A stretch of 64,000 nt of DNA, taken from assembly GCA_051294375.1 (NCBI GenBank), contig CM119267.1:24811783-24875782 (forward strand), read 5' to 3'. The number at the start of each line of letters is the position of its first letter. Position 1 is the first letter of the stretch. The translations under genes were made by a program, and so were the position numbers. This stretch comes from Paraspadella gotoi (Eukaryota > Animalia > Chaetognatha). Positions 25,490 to 38,593 of this stretch are shown in pieces. The notes under the pieces were generated by a model that was not told the origin of the DNA, did no database searches, and worked only from the letters and a program-made list of their open reading frames with translations.

Positions 25490-26076
25490 ATTGTGGTATA
25501 ATCCTTTCTTTTCGTTGTGTAATAATTATTAGAAAGTTTTTGAGCTCTATCTTAACTCTTATACTTCACTATAATAATAATTGCTTAACTATTCCCTCAC
25601 CTCTATTCCTTCACATTTCAAATTTCATCAATTTCATCTTCAAAACTATATTTATTCACAGTAGTTAATTGTTAACACTGATCATTTAAAGTTTTTAAAC
25701 AATATTTATCTTTGTTTGTACATTGCACAATGATTATTTTTTCAAAGTTCTCTCACTCTCTCTCTCTCCTTCTCTCTCTCTCTCTCTCTCCTCACCATTT
25801 CAATTTCTTTTCACAGAAACTGGCTCTATTGTTTACCTTAAATCTGTCCTCACAATTGAACCACTATCGCCTTCCAACTCTGTGTTTGGAAACTTTTGCC
25901 CTCTCTCTCTCTCTCTCTCACTCTTTTCTTTATGCACATAATTTGTTTCAAATTCACTAACTTTTTTTAATGCTGATGAAGGCTTGTAGTTAAAGCCGAA
26001 ACATGTCCGTTTTTAAATTAAAAATAAAATCGTTGTTGAAAATTCATTTTCAAACTTTTCCTAATTAAAAAATGTC
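25490..26076 (+). mobile_element. Hammerhead-bearing non-autonomous repeat (related copies at about 19110-19500 and, reversed, about 14075-14520)
   Basis: Flanked by a 12-bp duplication TTAAAAAATGTC (25478-25489, 26065-26076). Absent from the duplicate locus at about 23960. Confidence 0.7.
25969..26011 (+). ncRNA. Minimal type-I hammerhead ribozyme (PLE-type)
   Basis: aatg CTGATGA a GGCTT-gtagtta-AAGCC GAAA CATGTC cgtt: intact core, stems I and II, palindromic stem III, GUC cleavage site. Confidence 0.8.
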
Positions 26077-26169
26077 TAAATTTTCGTTGAGCAGGTGCTT
26101 ATGCATGTTCTAACACCTTACAGAGTTGGTCTCCCCTTCCTTATCTTCTTCACTGTTTCACCTCGCTCC

Positions 26170-26641
26170 TCTCTCGGTCACCTCTTCGCGCCCTCCCTCG
26201 TCGAAGGACCATCCTCCTCTTCCATCCATCTTTTTTTAGGTCGAGGAAGCCGACCCACTTGACGCAGACGCCGTCGAAGAATCATGGCGCCACCACGTGG
26301 ACGGCGCCGGATTCCCGTTCGAAGTCGAAGGCGTAGACGATGGCGCCGCGTCGGACGACGGCGTCGTCAGGAAAGGACTCGCGGCGCCTGAAATAGGGCA
26401 GGACTCGGGATCTTCTATCGGCGCATCCCTGGAACAGAGTCTGACTCCGATGCCGCAGCAGGCGTAGGCGACATCGACGGAGCCCGCGCGGCACTCGGAC
26501 CGAAACCGTGCCGCTCGGGCATCGCTTGAGAGAGAACAGTGAGACGAATAGCGGACGATACCCTCGGAGCGAGAGAGACGACGAAGAGCAGGCGACGAGG
26601 GGGAAGAAAAAGCCGATGCTTGGTCGCGGTGGATGGGAGAT
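26170..26641 (-). CDS. CBFB: Core-binding factor beta (CBFB/Brother-like), divergent; frameshifts probably sequencing errors
   Basis: Reconstructed (MPR)IHRDQASAF..LRRLSRSEGIVRY..ARAARFRSECRAGSVDVAYACCGIGVRL..FDFERESGAVHVVAPMIFDGVCVKWVGFLDLKKMDG..FDEEGA. This matches the recalled CBF-beta pattern MPRVVPDQ..RKLSRE..QARFQNACRDG..DLEREAGKVYLKAPMILNGVCVIWKGWIDL..LDG..FDEE. Confidence 0.7.
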
Positions 26642-28305
26642 CCTGGTGGTGGAGGGGTGGAAATGTGGTTGGAGTTTTAATTGAATAACCTACATTAAAT
26701 AGGCGAAAATAAATGAGTGATAAACTGACAACGGAAGAAGAACTAGTAACTAAAGAAGAAAATCGAAAAGAAAAGAGGAAGCGATTTGGCAAAGACTTAA
26801 ATAGAAGGAAAAAAGGTAAGTTAAGAAAAAAGAAAAAGAAAAAAGAAAAATTACCTGAAAGAAATCGGGAGGAAGAAAAAGGGATTTACTGTCGCCCGAC
26901 AGAAAAGAGGTTAATGGAATAAACCGACGAAAATGGATTAAACGCCTTATGGCGGCGGGGAAGAAAAAGGGGGTGAAAAAGACAAGGGTGAAGGGGAGAA
27001 GTGAAGAAGAGAAGAAAGAGACGAGAAAAAAAAATAAATAGGAAGAAAATAAAAGAGAAAGGAAAAGTGGAAGAAAGAAGGTCTCAGAAAAAAATTAAAA
27101 TAAAATTCGCTATTAGTATTACAGAATTAACTACATAATAAGTTATAACCCACTACAAAATTTGAATTAGTAAAAACAAGTTTGAGCAAACAATGCCGGA
27201 TCTGCCCACGATCATAGGCGGTAATCAGCTGATCAGATAATTAATTAAATAATTCATATTAATTTTTTTTATTTGTGTCAAAATCGTTTTCCACTTTGTC
27301 TTGCCTCTCAATCACAAAACAATCTCGATTACAAAATTAATTAATTGCAAATAATTAATAATTACTTATTTATTAATAATTAATTATGGCAGCTTGAATT
27401 TTCATTTACCATAAAAATAAAAAAAGCATAATCAAATAGATTGTTTGTGTTTTCCATTTTAACTCATTTCCACTTGGACGATTCCATCGTTTTTCTGCTC
27501 AATCCACACACAATTTGAAGTCAATCGCCCCATGCACTCATGAGTAATGCAGTTTAAATAGTGAAATTATATTTTTTTGGTTTTTTATTTAACTCATTTC
27601 CACTCGGACGATTCCATCGAAACTTTATTACCAGCTCAATCACACACAATCAAATCACGAATAATTGGTGTTTTTTGCTAAGGTGGGACGGACGGACAGA
27701 CGGACATTTTTTTGCATAATTTATCATAATTCGATGTTCTGACATGATACAAGTGAATGCCCGACAAGATTGGGGGGGGGGACCGACAAAGTGAATTATA
27801 GAACCGGAATCTGCTGTAAGCAGAGACGGCTAAAAACTCAAATTCCCTTTTTTCCTTCGAAAGATAGATGCAGGTTAAGAAAAATTTAGTAAAATGTATT
27901 AAAAACGAGAAAAAAAACTATGGAATAAAAAGAAAAGGTAATACAAAGAATGAAGCGGTAGTACAAGCAGGTCACCATTTCCGCGCAGACGATAAAAGGA
28001 AAGTCATTTAGTCTAAGAGACAAAGTCTGTCACAGAAGATGGAAGGAGAGAAACACTTAAAAATAAAAAACATGAAACGTTGAGGAACAAATGGACATAC
28101 AAAACGAAAAAAAAGGTTGAAGGCTGAAATTAAAATGAGAAAGAGAGGCGGCTTTATCCACATCAAAGACAGACTCCGTCGTGGAAGAGACACAAAACTC
28201 GTTCATCAGTTGGCGTTAATTTTGCTTTTTAATCATTTCCTTTCATTTCGTAAAGGTCGCCTTGCAAAGAAAAAAAGGAATCTTAAAAGAGCGGCGAGAC
28301 GTAGA

Positions 28306-28487
28306 AGCCAGGAACTCTGGGAATGAATAAACTCGTCTGTGAGAGAGTCTTGATTGAAAGTTTGCAGGGACCTGCTATGTCATTATCTTGTAAGAGTGAT
28401 GGAGGCCTTAAACCACCAAAGCCTGTCCAAAGTCATGGGCAAGATAGCTTATTTAATTTTTATATTGGTTGAACCAATTTCATTCTA
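28306..28487. repeat. Dispersed repeat of about 180 bp (second copy about 30590-30783; diverged reverse piece about 35525-35640)
   Basis: Near-identical block GCAGGGACCTGCTATGTCATTATCTTGTAAGAGTGATGGAGGCCTTAAACCACC. Confidence 0.7.
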
Positions 28488-28963
28488 TAAAAATGAAGGC
28501 AAAAAATGTGTTCACCTTCTAAAGGAGGGAAGGACAAAGGAGTAACGTGTGATGCCGTGAGTGAGGAGGCGATAAAGCAACCAGAGGTGGTTGTATCGGA
28601 AGTGGTTGGATGAGAAGTGGTTGAGGTTGTGGTGGTTTGTTCGGAAGTGGTGGTTGCTGAGTAGTTAGCGCCGGAAGAGGAGGCGATATCCGACGGTGCC
28701 CCGGAGTCTGTGAGAATAGCAGCAGCAGCATCAGCACCGCGTGACGAGGTCGGCGTTAGGTCAGCAACAGGAGAAAAAACAGCGTCGGAAATGTTCATGG
28801 GCGCATCCAGCTTTGAAGGAGCTGCTGATGTTGGTGCGGGATTGGCCATTTTCGTATAAGTTGATCCAGGAGCGGATGGGGTCGAATCTGTGACAGTTGG
28901 TCCCGGTGTTCCGGTTGGACCGATTCCGCGAGATGGAGGCTAAGAACGAGCAGAGGATCTCAT
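28460..28963 (-). CDS. Orphan Ser/Thr/Pro-rich (mucin-like) ORF, possibly secreted; 5' end frameshifted
   Basis: GC-rich ORF ..PTGTPGPTVTDSTPSAPGSTYTKMANPAPTSAAPS..TTTSTTSHPTTSDTTTSG. ATG at 28963 is followed by a hydrophobic LLVLSLHLA in another frame. Splice acceptor at 29015-29016. Confidence 0.4.
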
Positions 28964-30236
28964 GGTTTAGTCAGTCGAAATTATTTTAAATTGTTTAAAT
29001 GTTGAAGTTATTATCTGCGAGGGAAATGAGTAATTCGCATCAAAGCGAAAAGGGTAAACGAGTCAACATTGAATATCACAATCAATTTTGGACTAGAAAT
29101 TGAGACAAATTAGAAGACAAATAAGATTTTAACGGACAAAAAAATTGGAACTGTCGAGATATCTAAAATATTAAGTCAAAATCGGGTCGATGTTTAAATC
29201 TATTTTCAGTGAGATAAGGGAGAAAATTGAAAAGTTGACTTAACTCCAAACTCTGCAGAGAGTATGACGACGAATCTGCGTTTATCTCAAAACGAAATCG
29301 ATGATGGATGGAAATTCTCGCCGCTTGACGGATTTTCGATACTTCACCTCCGTGGGACGACGAGAAAAAAAATAACGATTTTTGGCGAGAATCCACACAA
29401 AGCGGAAAAACCGGAAGGAAAAAACATGGCCAAGTTTTGAAGAGATTAAATAATTAAAATGGTTAATGATTAAATAGTTTATTGCTGCAGAATTCCGGTG
29501 TCGAAAATCGATCCAAAATAAATACAGACGAACGTTACGCGTTTTACTAATCGATAAAACGTGGGGAATACATATATATATATATAAAAGAATTAATGCC
29601 AATTTGTGGGATTAATATCAAGATCCGCGAGTCAAAAGCGATTGTTCCATCGGCTCTTCAGTCTTCACTCTTCGCCGTAGAAACGTAGATCAGAGTCGAA
29701 ATCGACACACAAAAAAAAATCTTAAAAGTATAAGGATCGTCGCAATCACATAAGAAAAATCTGGATTGACGACAAATTTTGATACTAAAAAAAATAAAAT
29801 TTGAAAAAAAAAAAAAAATCTATAAACAGAAAGAAAAATTATATTTTATGATTGTCAATTAAAAAAATAATAAAGTACCGAGGAAAATTAAAGTTACAGT
29901 TTCTGAAAAAAAAAAAAAAAAAAATTTTGTCATTTCAAATTGTCATTGTCAAATAAACTGATCAGTAGACGCAGCCCCTGAGAAAAAAAATTTGAGAAAA
30001 ATTGATGATGAGAAGCTGTATATAAATTTTCAGCTTCATACACCCAAATTTAATCATAAAAAAGGTGATCTATAATTTGGAACGCCGACGACGACGACGA
30101 CGCCACTTATGTGCAAAACCACAGCAAAATCGTTGCAAACGAAAAGCGATTGCGACGATAAAAAATCCCGAGATCCAGACGACGGCGGAAACGACGACGA
30201 CGACGACGGAAACAAAAAAAGAGATGATCTGATTGG

Positions 30237-33200
30237 TCAGGCGACGGCGGCGATCAATTGTCTGGAGAGCCAATCGAGGCCGTCAGTGAGTCCGGTGCCG
30301 GAGACGGCGTCGCAGGCTTGGATGTGCCACGAACGACCGCAGAAGAGTTTGTAGAGGCCGAATCTGTGATGTGGAAGATTTATCAAATAGTACTAAGGGA
30401 TAATATATAAATTATACATTGTATAGTGTATACAATACATATATATACAATATACATTACTAAAACTGTAGCAGAATAATTTGTCGTTCATTTCATTTCA
30501 TTTTCTTAGCGTACCACTTATAATATAGGGAGTGGTCTTTTCATACAATTGAAACATTCTTTGAAATATTTTCCACTTCATTGATAGGGAAGCCAGGTAC
30601 TCTGGGAGTGAATAAACGAGACTGTGAAAGAGTCTTGATTGAAAACTTGCAGGGACCTGCTATGTCATTATCTTGTAAGAGTGATGGAGGCCTTAAACCA
30701 CCAAAGCCTGTCCAAAGTCAGGGGCAAGATAGCTTATTTATTAAATGAATGGATAATTTTTATATTGGTTGTACCAATTTCATAATAACCATTATGTATC
30801 TCGTGTAATATTAATAATATAATAAAATGTGTAATAAACCACTATAAACCACAATAAACCACTATTAGTTGTCCCTCTCAGTTAAGCTTATCAGATATTA
30901 ACTCATAAACATTATCAAGTACAATAGCAAGAAGAACAATGCGAGCATTCTACCACTAACCACTAGGTCAATAATAATAATATAAGATGCCCCCCGTTAG
31001 AAAACATTTTCTCGTTTTCCTCGGGGAAGAAATAATTATTTTTCCAAAGCAAGCTTATTTTCAAAACGAATTGAGCTACGAAAAAAACGGCATAAATACA
31101 ATCATCGCTGAAAATTGACCGATACCTAGCGACGCCAGTATATACATGATTATTAATCATTATTTATTATAATTTAAAATCATAAAAAAATTGAAAGTTG
31201 GTTTCGAATTCCCTCCACCCAAACGTCGTTTTGCATTTAGATGGAAAATCATGGAATCTCCCTCGAGTCAAACTGTTTTAAAACAAAAGTCCTGAAATGC
31301 TACTTCGTCGTCGTTTTTATCGACGTCGTAATTGTCCCTATCATCGTCGTTGTGAGCGACATTGTTCCTCCGGGGGCAGAAATACTCATTTTATTATGCA
31401 ATCTAAAAGTGGACCAAAGTGAGCCAAACTTCGTCAATGGGGTGGGTCAGAAGTTTGATTTGGGAACTTTTCCAAATGAAACTTCATACATTTCTGAGAA
31501 AACTTTCAATGGAGCAAAATTTTCTAAAATGGCAAGAAGCATTAGTAATTAATTTTTTAATATTTATTTATAGATAGGAAATGTCAAAATTTTTTTTTGA
31601 ATTTTTTATTTTTAAAAGCAGATTCAAATAGTTTATGAAAAGTTATCTACACAAAGTATAATTCTTTTTTCAATATTTTGATGATAAGTGGGTTTAAATT
31701 GAGAAAAACCTTAAAAATGATTTTAGCAGTTTTTACTAATTTTTAGTAATAAAACATCAAATTTTTAAAAAGTTGTAATTATATTTTTTGCTTAACTTTT
31801 TAAGAGGAAAGGTCATTCAGCATAACAATACGTAATCATTGATGTATTAGAGCTAATACATCGAGAAATTACATCGTAATCACCAGTAATCACCAAAAAA
31901 AGTTTTTATTTATATGTCAACATTGTGTTTTAAATATTTTTTTTGAAATCGGTAAATAACAAAATTATTAATTTAAATGGGTAAGCACATTTTTTAAAGA
32001 TTTGTTTCAATCTGTTTGTTAAAAAATTTATAGGTAAGAAGTTAAAACACGGTATGGGTTAGTTTAGAAGGGGAGAATTAAATTAATCTCGTTACTCTCT
32101 TGGATTTCACAGTCATGAACAAAATCTTCAGTTAAATAGATGGTAAAGAAATTCGAGCTACAATGAATCTACACTGAATTTGAAGAGTTGCAGCCTAGAC
32201 GACTGCAATAATATTGAATTAAAAATTTGATTAGCAATCTTAAAAACATTTGTAAAAATGTAATAGAGAGACATTTTGATAAACGCGTTCCAGTTAGAAA
32301 GAATTCAGGGTTAAAGTTTAAAAACGTTTCATTTTCAGAGAGACAAGTTGAAATTTAAAAATGTCTCTCTATTACATTTTTCTAATTAAGTAATAAAAAA
32401 TTCATAAAAAATATCAGATGGATTGGCCTTTTCGTTTGACCTGCAACTCTTCAGATAGGTTTCTTTTATTTTATATTATGATTAAAACCGATATAAAATG
32501 GGGTAGAATGCATCAAATGTTTAAAGTGAATACATTTTCGGAATCGCCAGGAGCTCAGCTTTCTGAATTTGTACTCCATTTTGGCATATTTTGAAGTTGA
32601 AATTGAATGACCCTTTTTCTTAAGCTCTATCAGAATCAATTAAAAAACTTAAAATATTCAAAAAAATTTTTTGACATTATATAGCAATATAATAATATTA
32701 ATCATGGTTCGGAACATTTTTGTAAAAAAATATTTTAACACAATAATTAATACCAATAATGGATTAGTTTAATGCTGTTCCCATTAAAATTTGAATTTGG
32801 TCGGCTACCGCTACCAAAGTCACGTCCCACTCTCGAACATCAAGACGGTCACACCAAATCGGTATTCACTATCCAGCTCTCACTTTCAACACGCTCCACC
32901 CCACACACCCCTACCTCTCCGTCAGCGCCTCGATGGTAGCGGTGGACGGCGCCTTGTCCTGCTTATTGAGAAAGACGAGCAAGGATGCTTCGCGCAGCTC
33001 CTTCTCCGACACCAACTTGGCCAACTCGTCGTAGGATTCGTTGAGGCGAGATTCGTCGCTGATTGGACGAAAGAAACGATTGGATGGCGAATCAGCCAAT
33101 CATCAATAGACTGGACGATAGCTCGGTCAAACCAACCTGGCGTCGATGACGTAGATGACAGCTTGCGTGTTCAAGTAGTAGTGCTTCCACAGCGGACGCA

Positions 33201-34839
33201 GCTTGGGTTGGCCGCCGACGTCCCAGATGGTGAACTTGAGATTCTTGTATTCCACCGTCTCCACGTTGAAGCCGATGGTGGGGATGGTCTGAAAGGATGA
33301 AGGGGTGGAGAGTCTGATTCATGGTTCATAGTGTTCAGAGGGCGCGTCTAAATCGACATCCTGGATCATCCCCGACCTGCATAAACTCGTCGTTCTTGAG
33401 CTTCATGAGAATGGCGGTCTTGCCCGCCTGGTCCAACCCCAGAGTGACGACGCGCATCTCCATTTTGGGTCCGATGTGGACGCGGTTGTCACGGGTGAAC
33501 GTCACGGGAATGCTCGGGTCTGGAGAGGATGCGCGATTTTTTTCAACGGCATTCGGCGACACTATTACTTCATTTCTCACTCTTTCCCTTACCTCGGATC
33601 TGCGTCATTTGCTGCTCGTTAGTGGAGGGGATCTCGGTAAAGAGCTGCTGCTGCCGCTGGAGGTTGGAAAGCAACGCCGCAACTTCGGCACGAGCCTGAA
33701 CAACGCTGGCGTTGTCCTCGCGAAGCACCGATTCCAGCTGCGGTAGAAAAAGAAAACTTTCTAAAATTGGTATAATATTAAGATAATTATTATTATTATT
33801 AATCATTAACAGTCAAATAAAATAATTTCTCAACCTGCTGCGACACGGCGGCGATCTGACTTTGCACCACGACCAGATCCTCCTGCTGCTGCTTTAAGGA
33901 ACAGAGCCTCTCGCGGACGTGAGTGTCAATCACAGTCAGAGCCGCCACCTGGAAAGAAAAAGGAAAACGTTTTTTTTTTCCTTTGTCATTTTAAGGAAAG
34001 AATAAAGCAACAAATCCGAGTGTCAATATTTTCGCCCACCTCCTGTCGCTCAAGCGTCGCGCGAAGATTCGCAAAGTAGGACCGAACTTTTTGACGGGCC
34101 GATTCGGCGGTGCCGATCGAGGGGACGGAGGGTGATCTAGAAAAAGAAAAAAGGGTTAAGAAGTAAAACAAGCCAACGAGAAGAGGCCAACAGCAGAAAC
34201 AAAGAAAAATGACCTCGGAATTATCTCCTGGCAACCAGGAGTCCCGGCGCCGTCGTTGGTCGCGTCGGAGTCGACACTGCGAGGAGAAGCAGCAGCAGCG
34301 GCGCCCGCGCCTCCTTTGATCTGATCGATGACTCGCGAAATTCGAACCGAAGTCTCGGAAATTTCGGAGGAGAAATTTTGCATGTGACTCAAAGCGGTGA
34401 GGATCGTGTTGCGGACGCCTTTTTTAAAATGTAATGGGAGGAAATATGGGAAGAAAAGAAGAGGGAAAAGAGAAGGAAGGGAAAACAAAGGGAGAAAAGT
34501 TAAAGGCGGAAAAAGAAAGAATAGAAGAAAGGAAGGAAGAAGATAAAGGATCGATTAGAGATCGCATGATACTAAACGCCAACATCCACAACGATTTTGA
34601 GCCAACCTTCCGCCTCCGCTTCAAGCAGCACGTGTTTGTGCTTCGCGTGTCGCCCGTAGTCTTTGCAGATGAAGCACATGAGCGGCGAGAGTCCGCGCTG
34701 CTGCGCCTGACACGCCTCCTCCATGCAGGCGAACTCCACTTGATGCGATGGGTGCGACGGGCACCGCGGGTTCTCTTTCGGCTTCTCGGACAAAGGAATC
34801 CTTGTGTGCCTGAGAGATGAGGGGCGAGAATGAAGAGTG

Positions 34840-34870
<31 letters not shown>

Positions 34871-36070
34871 CTCTACCGGGCCAGAGTCCGCGTGCTGTGA
34901 GTTTCCTCTGAGCACTCGAGACAAAGATTCGTTTGACAGACGGTGCAGTAGAGGACGGCCACGTGACCCTCGTTCTCGTCGCACGCTACAGACAACGCCT
35001 TCTCTTTTTCGAGGGCCGACGCCTTCAAGTCGAGGCGGGCGTGGCGCTGGGAGAAATAAGGAAAAGTAAAAGGAATGTAAAAAAATGAAAAGGAATGGAA
35101 AAAGTGAAAAGAGAAAAAAAAAAAGAAAGAAAAGAAAATGGAAAATGGTAGAAGGAATTAAAAAATGAAGTAAAAGTAAAAAACATTAATGCAGAGTATA
35201 AAAGAATATAGTAAAAAGGGCGAACTCTAAATGCCATTGACCTGCAAATCTCTGGCCTCGGATTCTGTCCGTCGTTCGTTCTCGAGTCGCTCCAACAGCT
35301 CAACTAAAGCAAAGTTTTTCTTGAGACTCCAAACACCGGAGTCGCCGACTGGAGTCGCTTGTCGATCGAAGGGGCAAAGAAGTTCGGAGCCTCGAGAAAA
35401 AGAAGGGAAAGGATTTAGTATTAAATATAGTGAGTGTTGAATCTGTTGATAGAAAGCTTGCAGGGCCTTGCTATCAAAAGGGTACAAATCAACGAATATA
35501 AAAATTAGACTTTCTTTTAACATGAATTTGGACAGGCAATTTGGGAATTTAGGCCTCCAGTTCTCTAACGAGATAATAACATTGCAGGAAACCTAACAGT
35601 TTCGTTTATACAATACAAAGTATCTGGCTTCCCTTTAAATGAATTATTTGATTTGTACATTTTACATGTTATTTCTCGTAATGTGGACGAAGACCTTCAC
35701 TCACCTTTGCCAATCCAGTGTCCAATGAAAAGTAAGCTAATTTATTTAATAAATAGATACTTTTTATGATATTTGAACTCATTTCATATCCTTTCACTTT
35801 AATCTTAAACTAAATACCCCATCTCCAGTCACTCTGTCCCCCACCCAACTCAACCGGTTCCTCACCGACGAGAGGGAGCCTAGTCAAGCACTGATGACAT
35901 AGGGTGTGGCCGCAGTGAAGGAGTCGAGGGACTTTCTCTCCCTGCGATGAGAAGACGTCTTCGCAGACGCGACACTCCACGTTCGACGTCGTCGACTTCA
36001 TCGACAGGTTGGACAGCGTCAGTTGACTCGCGGCGCCGCCGCCGCCGCTGCCGCCAGAGGCGCCGGCCAT
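30237..36070 (-). CDS. TRIM23: E3 ubiquitin ligase TRIM23/ARD1 (RING, B-boxes, coiled coil, ARF GTPase)
   Basis: [52 protein letters not shown]; B-box [16 protein letters not shown]; [10 protein letters not shown]; [23 protein letters not shown]; [26 protein letters not shown]; last exon [33 protein letters not shown]. Confidence 0.95.
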
Positions 36071-36419
36071 CGCCGGACGGCAGAGGGCAACAAAATTGGT
36101 TTTATATCATGGGTAAGAAAATTTGGAGACTTTTGTTTGGTTACGTCCGTTGGTTTTTTTGTTGTTGTCATCCGCAGTTTAGAAACATTCGTTAGACGAC
36201 TCACTATTATCTTAAAAAAAATAAAGCGTTTTATATAAAAACGTTCAAATAAAAAACAAAATATTGAAGGAAAAACAAAAGGGAAACGGATTCGGGGAAG
36301 AAGACGAGAGAGGCACAAGAGACATCTCTCGGCAAAACCAAATGGCAGAATGACAACCGCCAATGTGAAAAGTGGCATCTCGACTTATGGCAGGTAAAAC
36401 GTTACAATATAAATAAATA

Positions 36420-38174
36420 CAGATGGCTTCATATTATAAAATGAGGTACCCCTTTTTTGTGACCAGAACACGTTCCGAGAAAATTACTAGACCAAATTCA
36501 TTGAAATTTGGTATGAATGATCCTTATGTGAATATAAATAGAACTATCGAGGCGAATTTCAATATTTGACCCCTCAGCCGAGATATGAGCCCCCGGAGGT
36601 GTCACCCATAGGAGCAAAAAATGGTCAAAATTTTTTTTCAATTTTTTTAATTATTTTTGTTTTGAACAGATGCATAAACGTTTGCTCTTCCACAAAAACA
36701 TATTTATTACCACAAAAATATTTGTTTACCTTAACTTTCAGCTTCATGATCACAAGCCGTTAAAGTTAGATTTGGAATAATTTGGGAAAATTGGAAGTAA
36801 AACTATGAACCATTCATCTTCAAACCAAGCTTAATTAGTGAAAATTTATTAATTTTAGTTCTAAAATATGTTTTTTATATTTTTAAAACGTTAATGCACC
36901 TGATGCTACTAAAATATTTAAAAAAATCTTAAAGCATAAGGATCGTCGCAATCGTATAAGAAAAATCTGGATTGACGACAAATTTTGATACTAAAAAAAT
37001 CAAATTTGAGAAAAAAAAAAATAAATAAAATAAAATAAAGAATAATAAATATAAAACAGTAAAATAACTTATTTTCGAGTTTAATTTTTAGCAAGTGCTA
37101 AGTCTGGAGACACATTATTGAAGGTACTTTTGTTTTACTTTTTGCCCGCATAAGCGAGCAGTTTCATCGAATACTGTCAGCATTCCCAGACAAAGTGAAA
37201 CTTAAATCAGTAAAGACTAAAGTGAAGTAAAGTAAAATAAAATAATAAAGTAAATATATAATAAAAAAAATATTATTCTGATTGATATTTAGAATATTTA
37301 GGAAAAAAAATCCACGAAAATCTCGGATGTAAATTTGGGAATAAATGGCGATAATAAAAGTTTTTAGAGGAAAAAAATTAATCAGAAAGAGAGAGAGAAA
37401 GAAGGCAAATCGTTTTCAGATGAATCAGCAGCGGCAGCAGCAGAGGCACCCAGAAAAAAAAAAGAAATCAAAAGGCAGCAGCAGGAGAAAAGAGAGAAAA
37501 AGAAAGAGCCCCTGCAGAGCCAGCTGCAGACTCAAAAGGCAGCAGCAGAAGCAGCAGGAGAAAAGAGAGAAAAAGAATAAGCCCCTGCAGTGCCAGCTGC
37601 AGACTCGTTTTTTTCCCTATGATTATGAATCAGTGACTAGGGAAAAGAGAGAGGGAGAGAGACATGTAATTAAAAGAGAAAAGAGAGAGAAAGAAATATG
37701 AAAATAAAAGAGAGAAAATTTGTTTGTTTTGATAAAATGTAAACAAAACATATTTAATAACTGTCCAGACTCAATTTTAAGCACATCGATGATGAGAAGC
37801 TGTATATAAATTTTCAGCTTCATACACCCAAATTTAATGATAAAAAAGGCGATCTATAATTTGGAACGCCGACGACAACGACGACGACGCCACTTATGGG
37901 CAAAAGCGTTACAATATCGTCGCAAACGCTAAGCGATTGCGACGATAAAAATGAAAAAAAATTGTTTTCCCTTTTTTGGCCCCCAAGGGGTCCACCCCCA
38001 GGGCCCTGTATCTCTTGTCAGGGGTTGAATATCAAAATTCGCCTCGATAGTTCCATTTATATGGACACGAGGACTCTATATGGAAAATTTCATGAAATTC
38101 GATCAGGTAGTTTGGTGGGAACAGATTATGGTCACAAAAAATGGGTACATCATTTTAAAATATGAAGCCTTCTG
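36420..38174. mobile_element. MITE family D, with a nested Helentron-like repeat
   Basis: Same TIRs and TA flanks; about 36921-37950 is a second repeat family. Confidence 0.75.
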
Positions 38175-38593
38175 TAGAGCATTATGGAAAGCAGTCATTT
38201 TAATTTAACTAGGATCGGAAAGAAACGAGACTAAAGCTGGAATTGGATCCTGAACGGAGGCAAATTCTCACGATCTACACCAAAGATCAACCCGCAAACA
38301 AATTTCAATTCATTCATGCGAAATGAAATGCTCAACAACTATGTGGGGCCACATTGTGGACGTTCCTTTATCAAACGACATTCATCCCTTATGATGATCA
38401 CTGCAAATACCATGGTGACATTAGGTAACCATTTAAACCTGAAATTACTTTTAGTACAAAAACTAAACAGTAAACATAAATTCATAGCTCGTAGTAGTAC
38501 GGAGATAAAGAGAGGTGTTTATCGTTTCCTGGGATTTGCACAGTATTATCTTTTCGCTCGCCAATGATAAATGCATTCGGTCAGGATCTCTGT

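Noticed and set aside
23550-26415. Tandem duplication of the CBF-beta locus
   Set aside because: The copies flank an exact 25-N gap and differ mostly by 1-bp indels. This is typical of long-read gap over-filling or uncollapsed haplotypes, so it is not counted as a real paralog.
32791-33746. Plus-strand ORFs opposite GC-rich exons (here and throughout)
   Set aside because: Antisense shadows of real minus-strand exons; no recognisable motifs.
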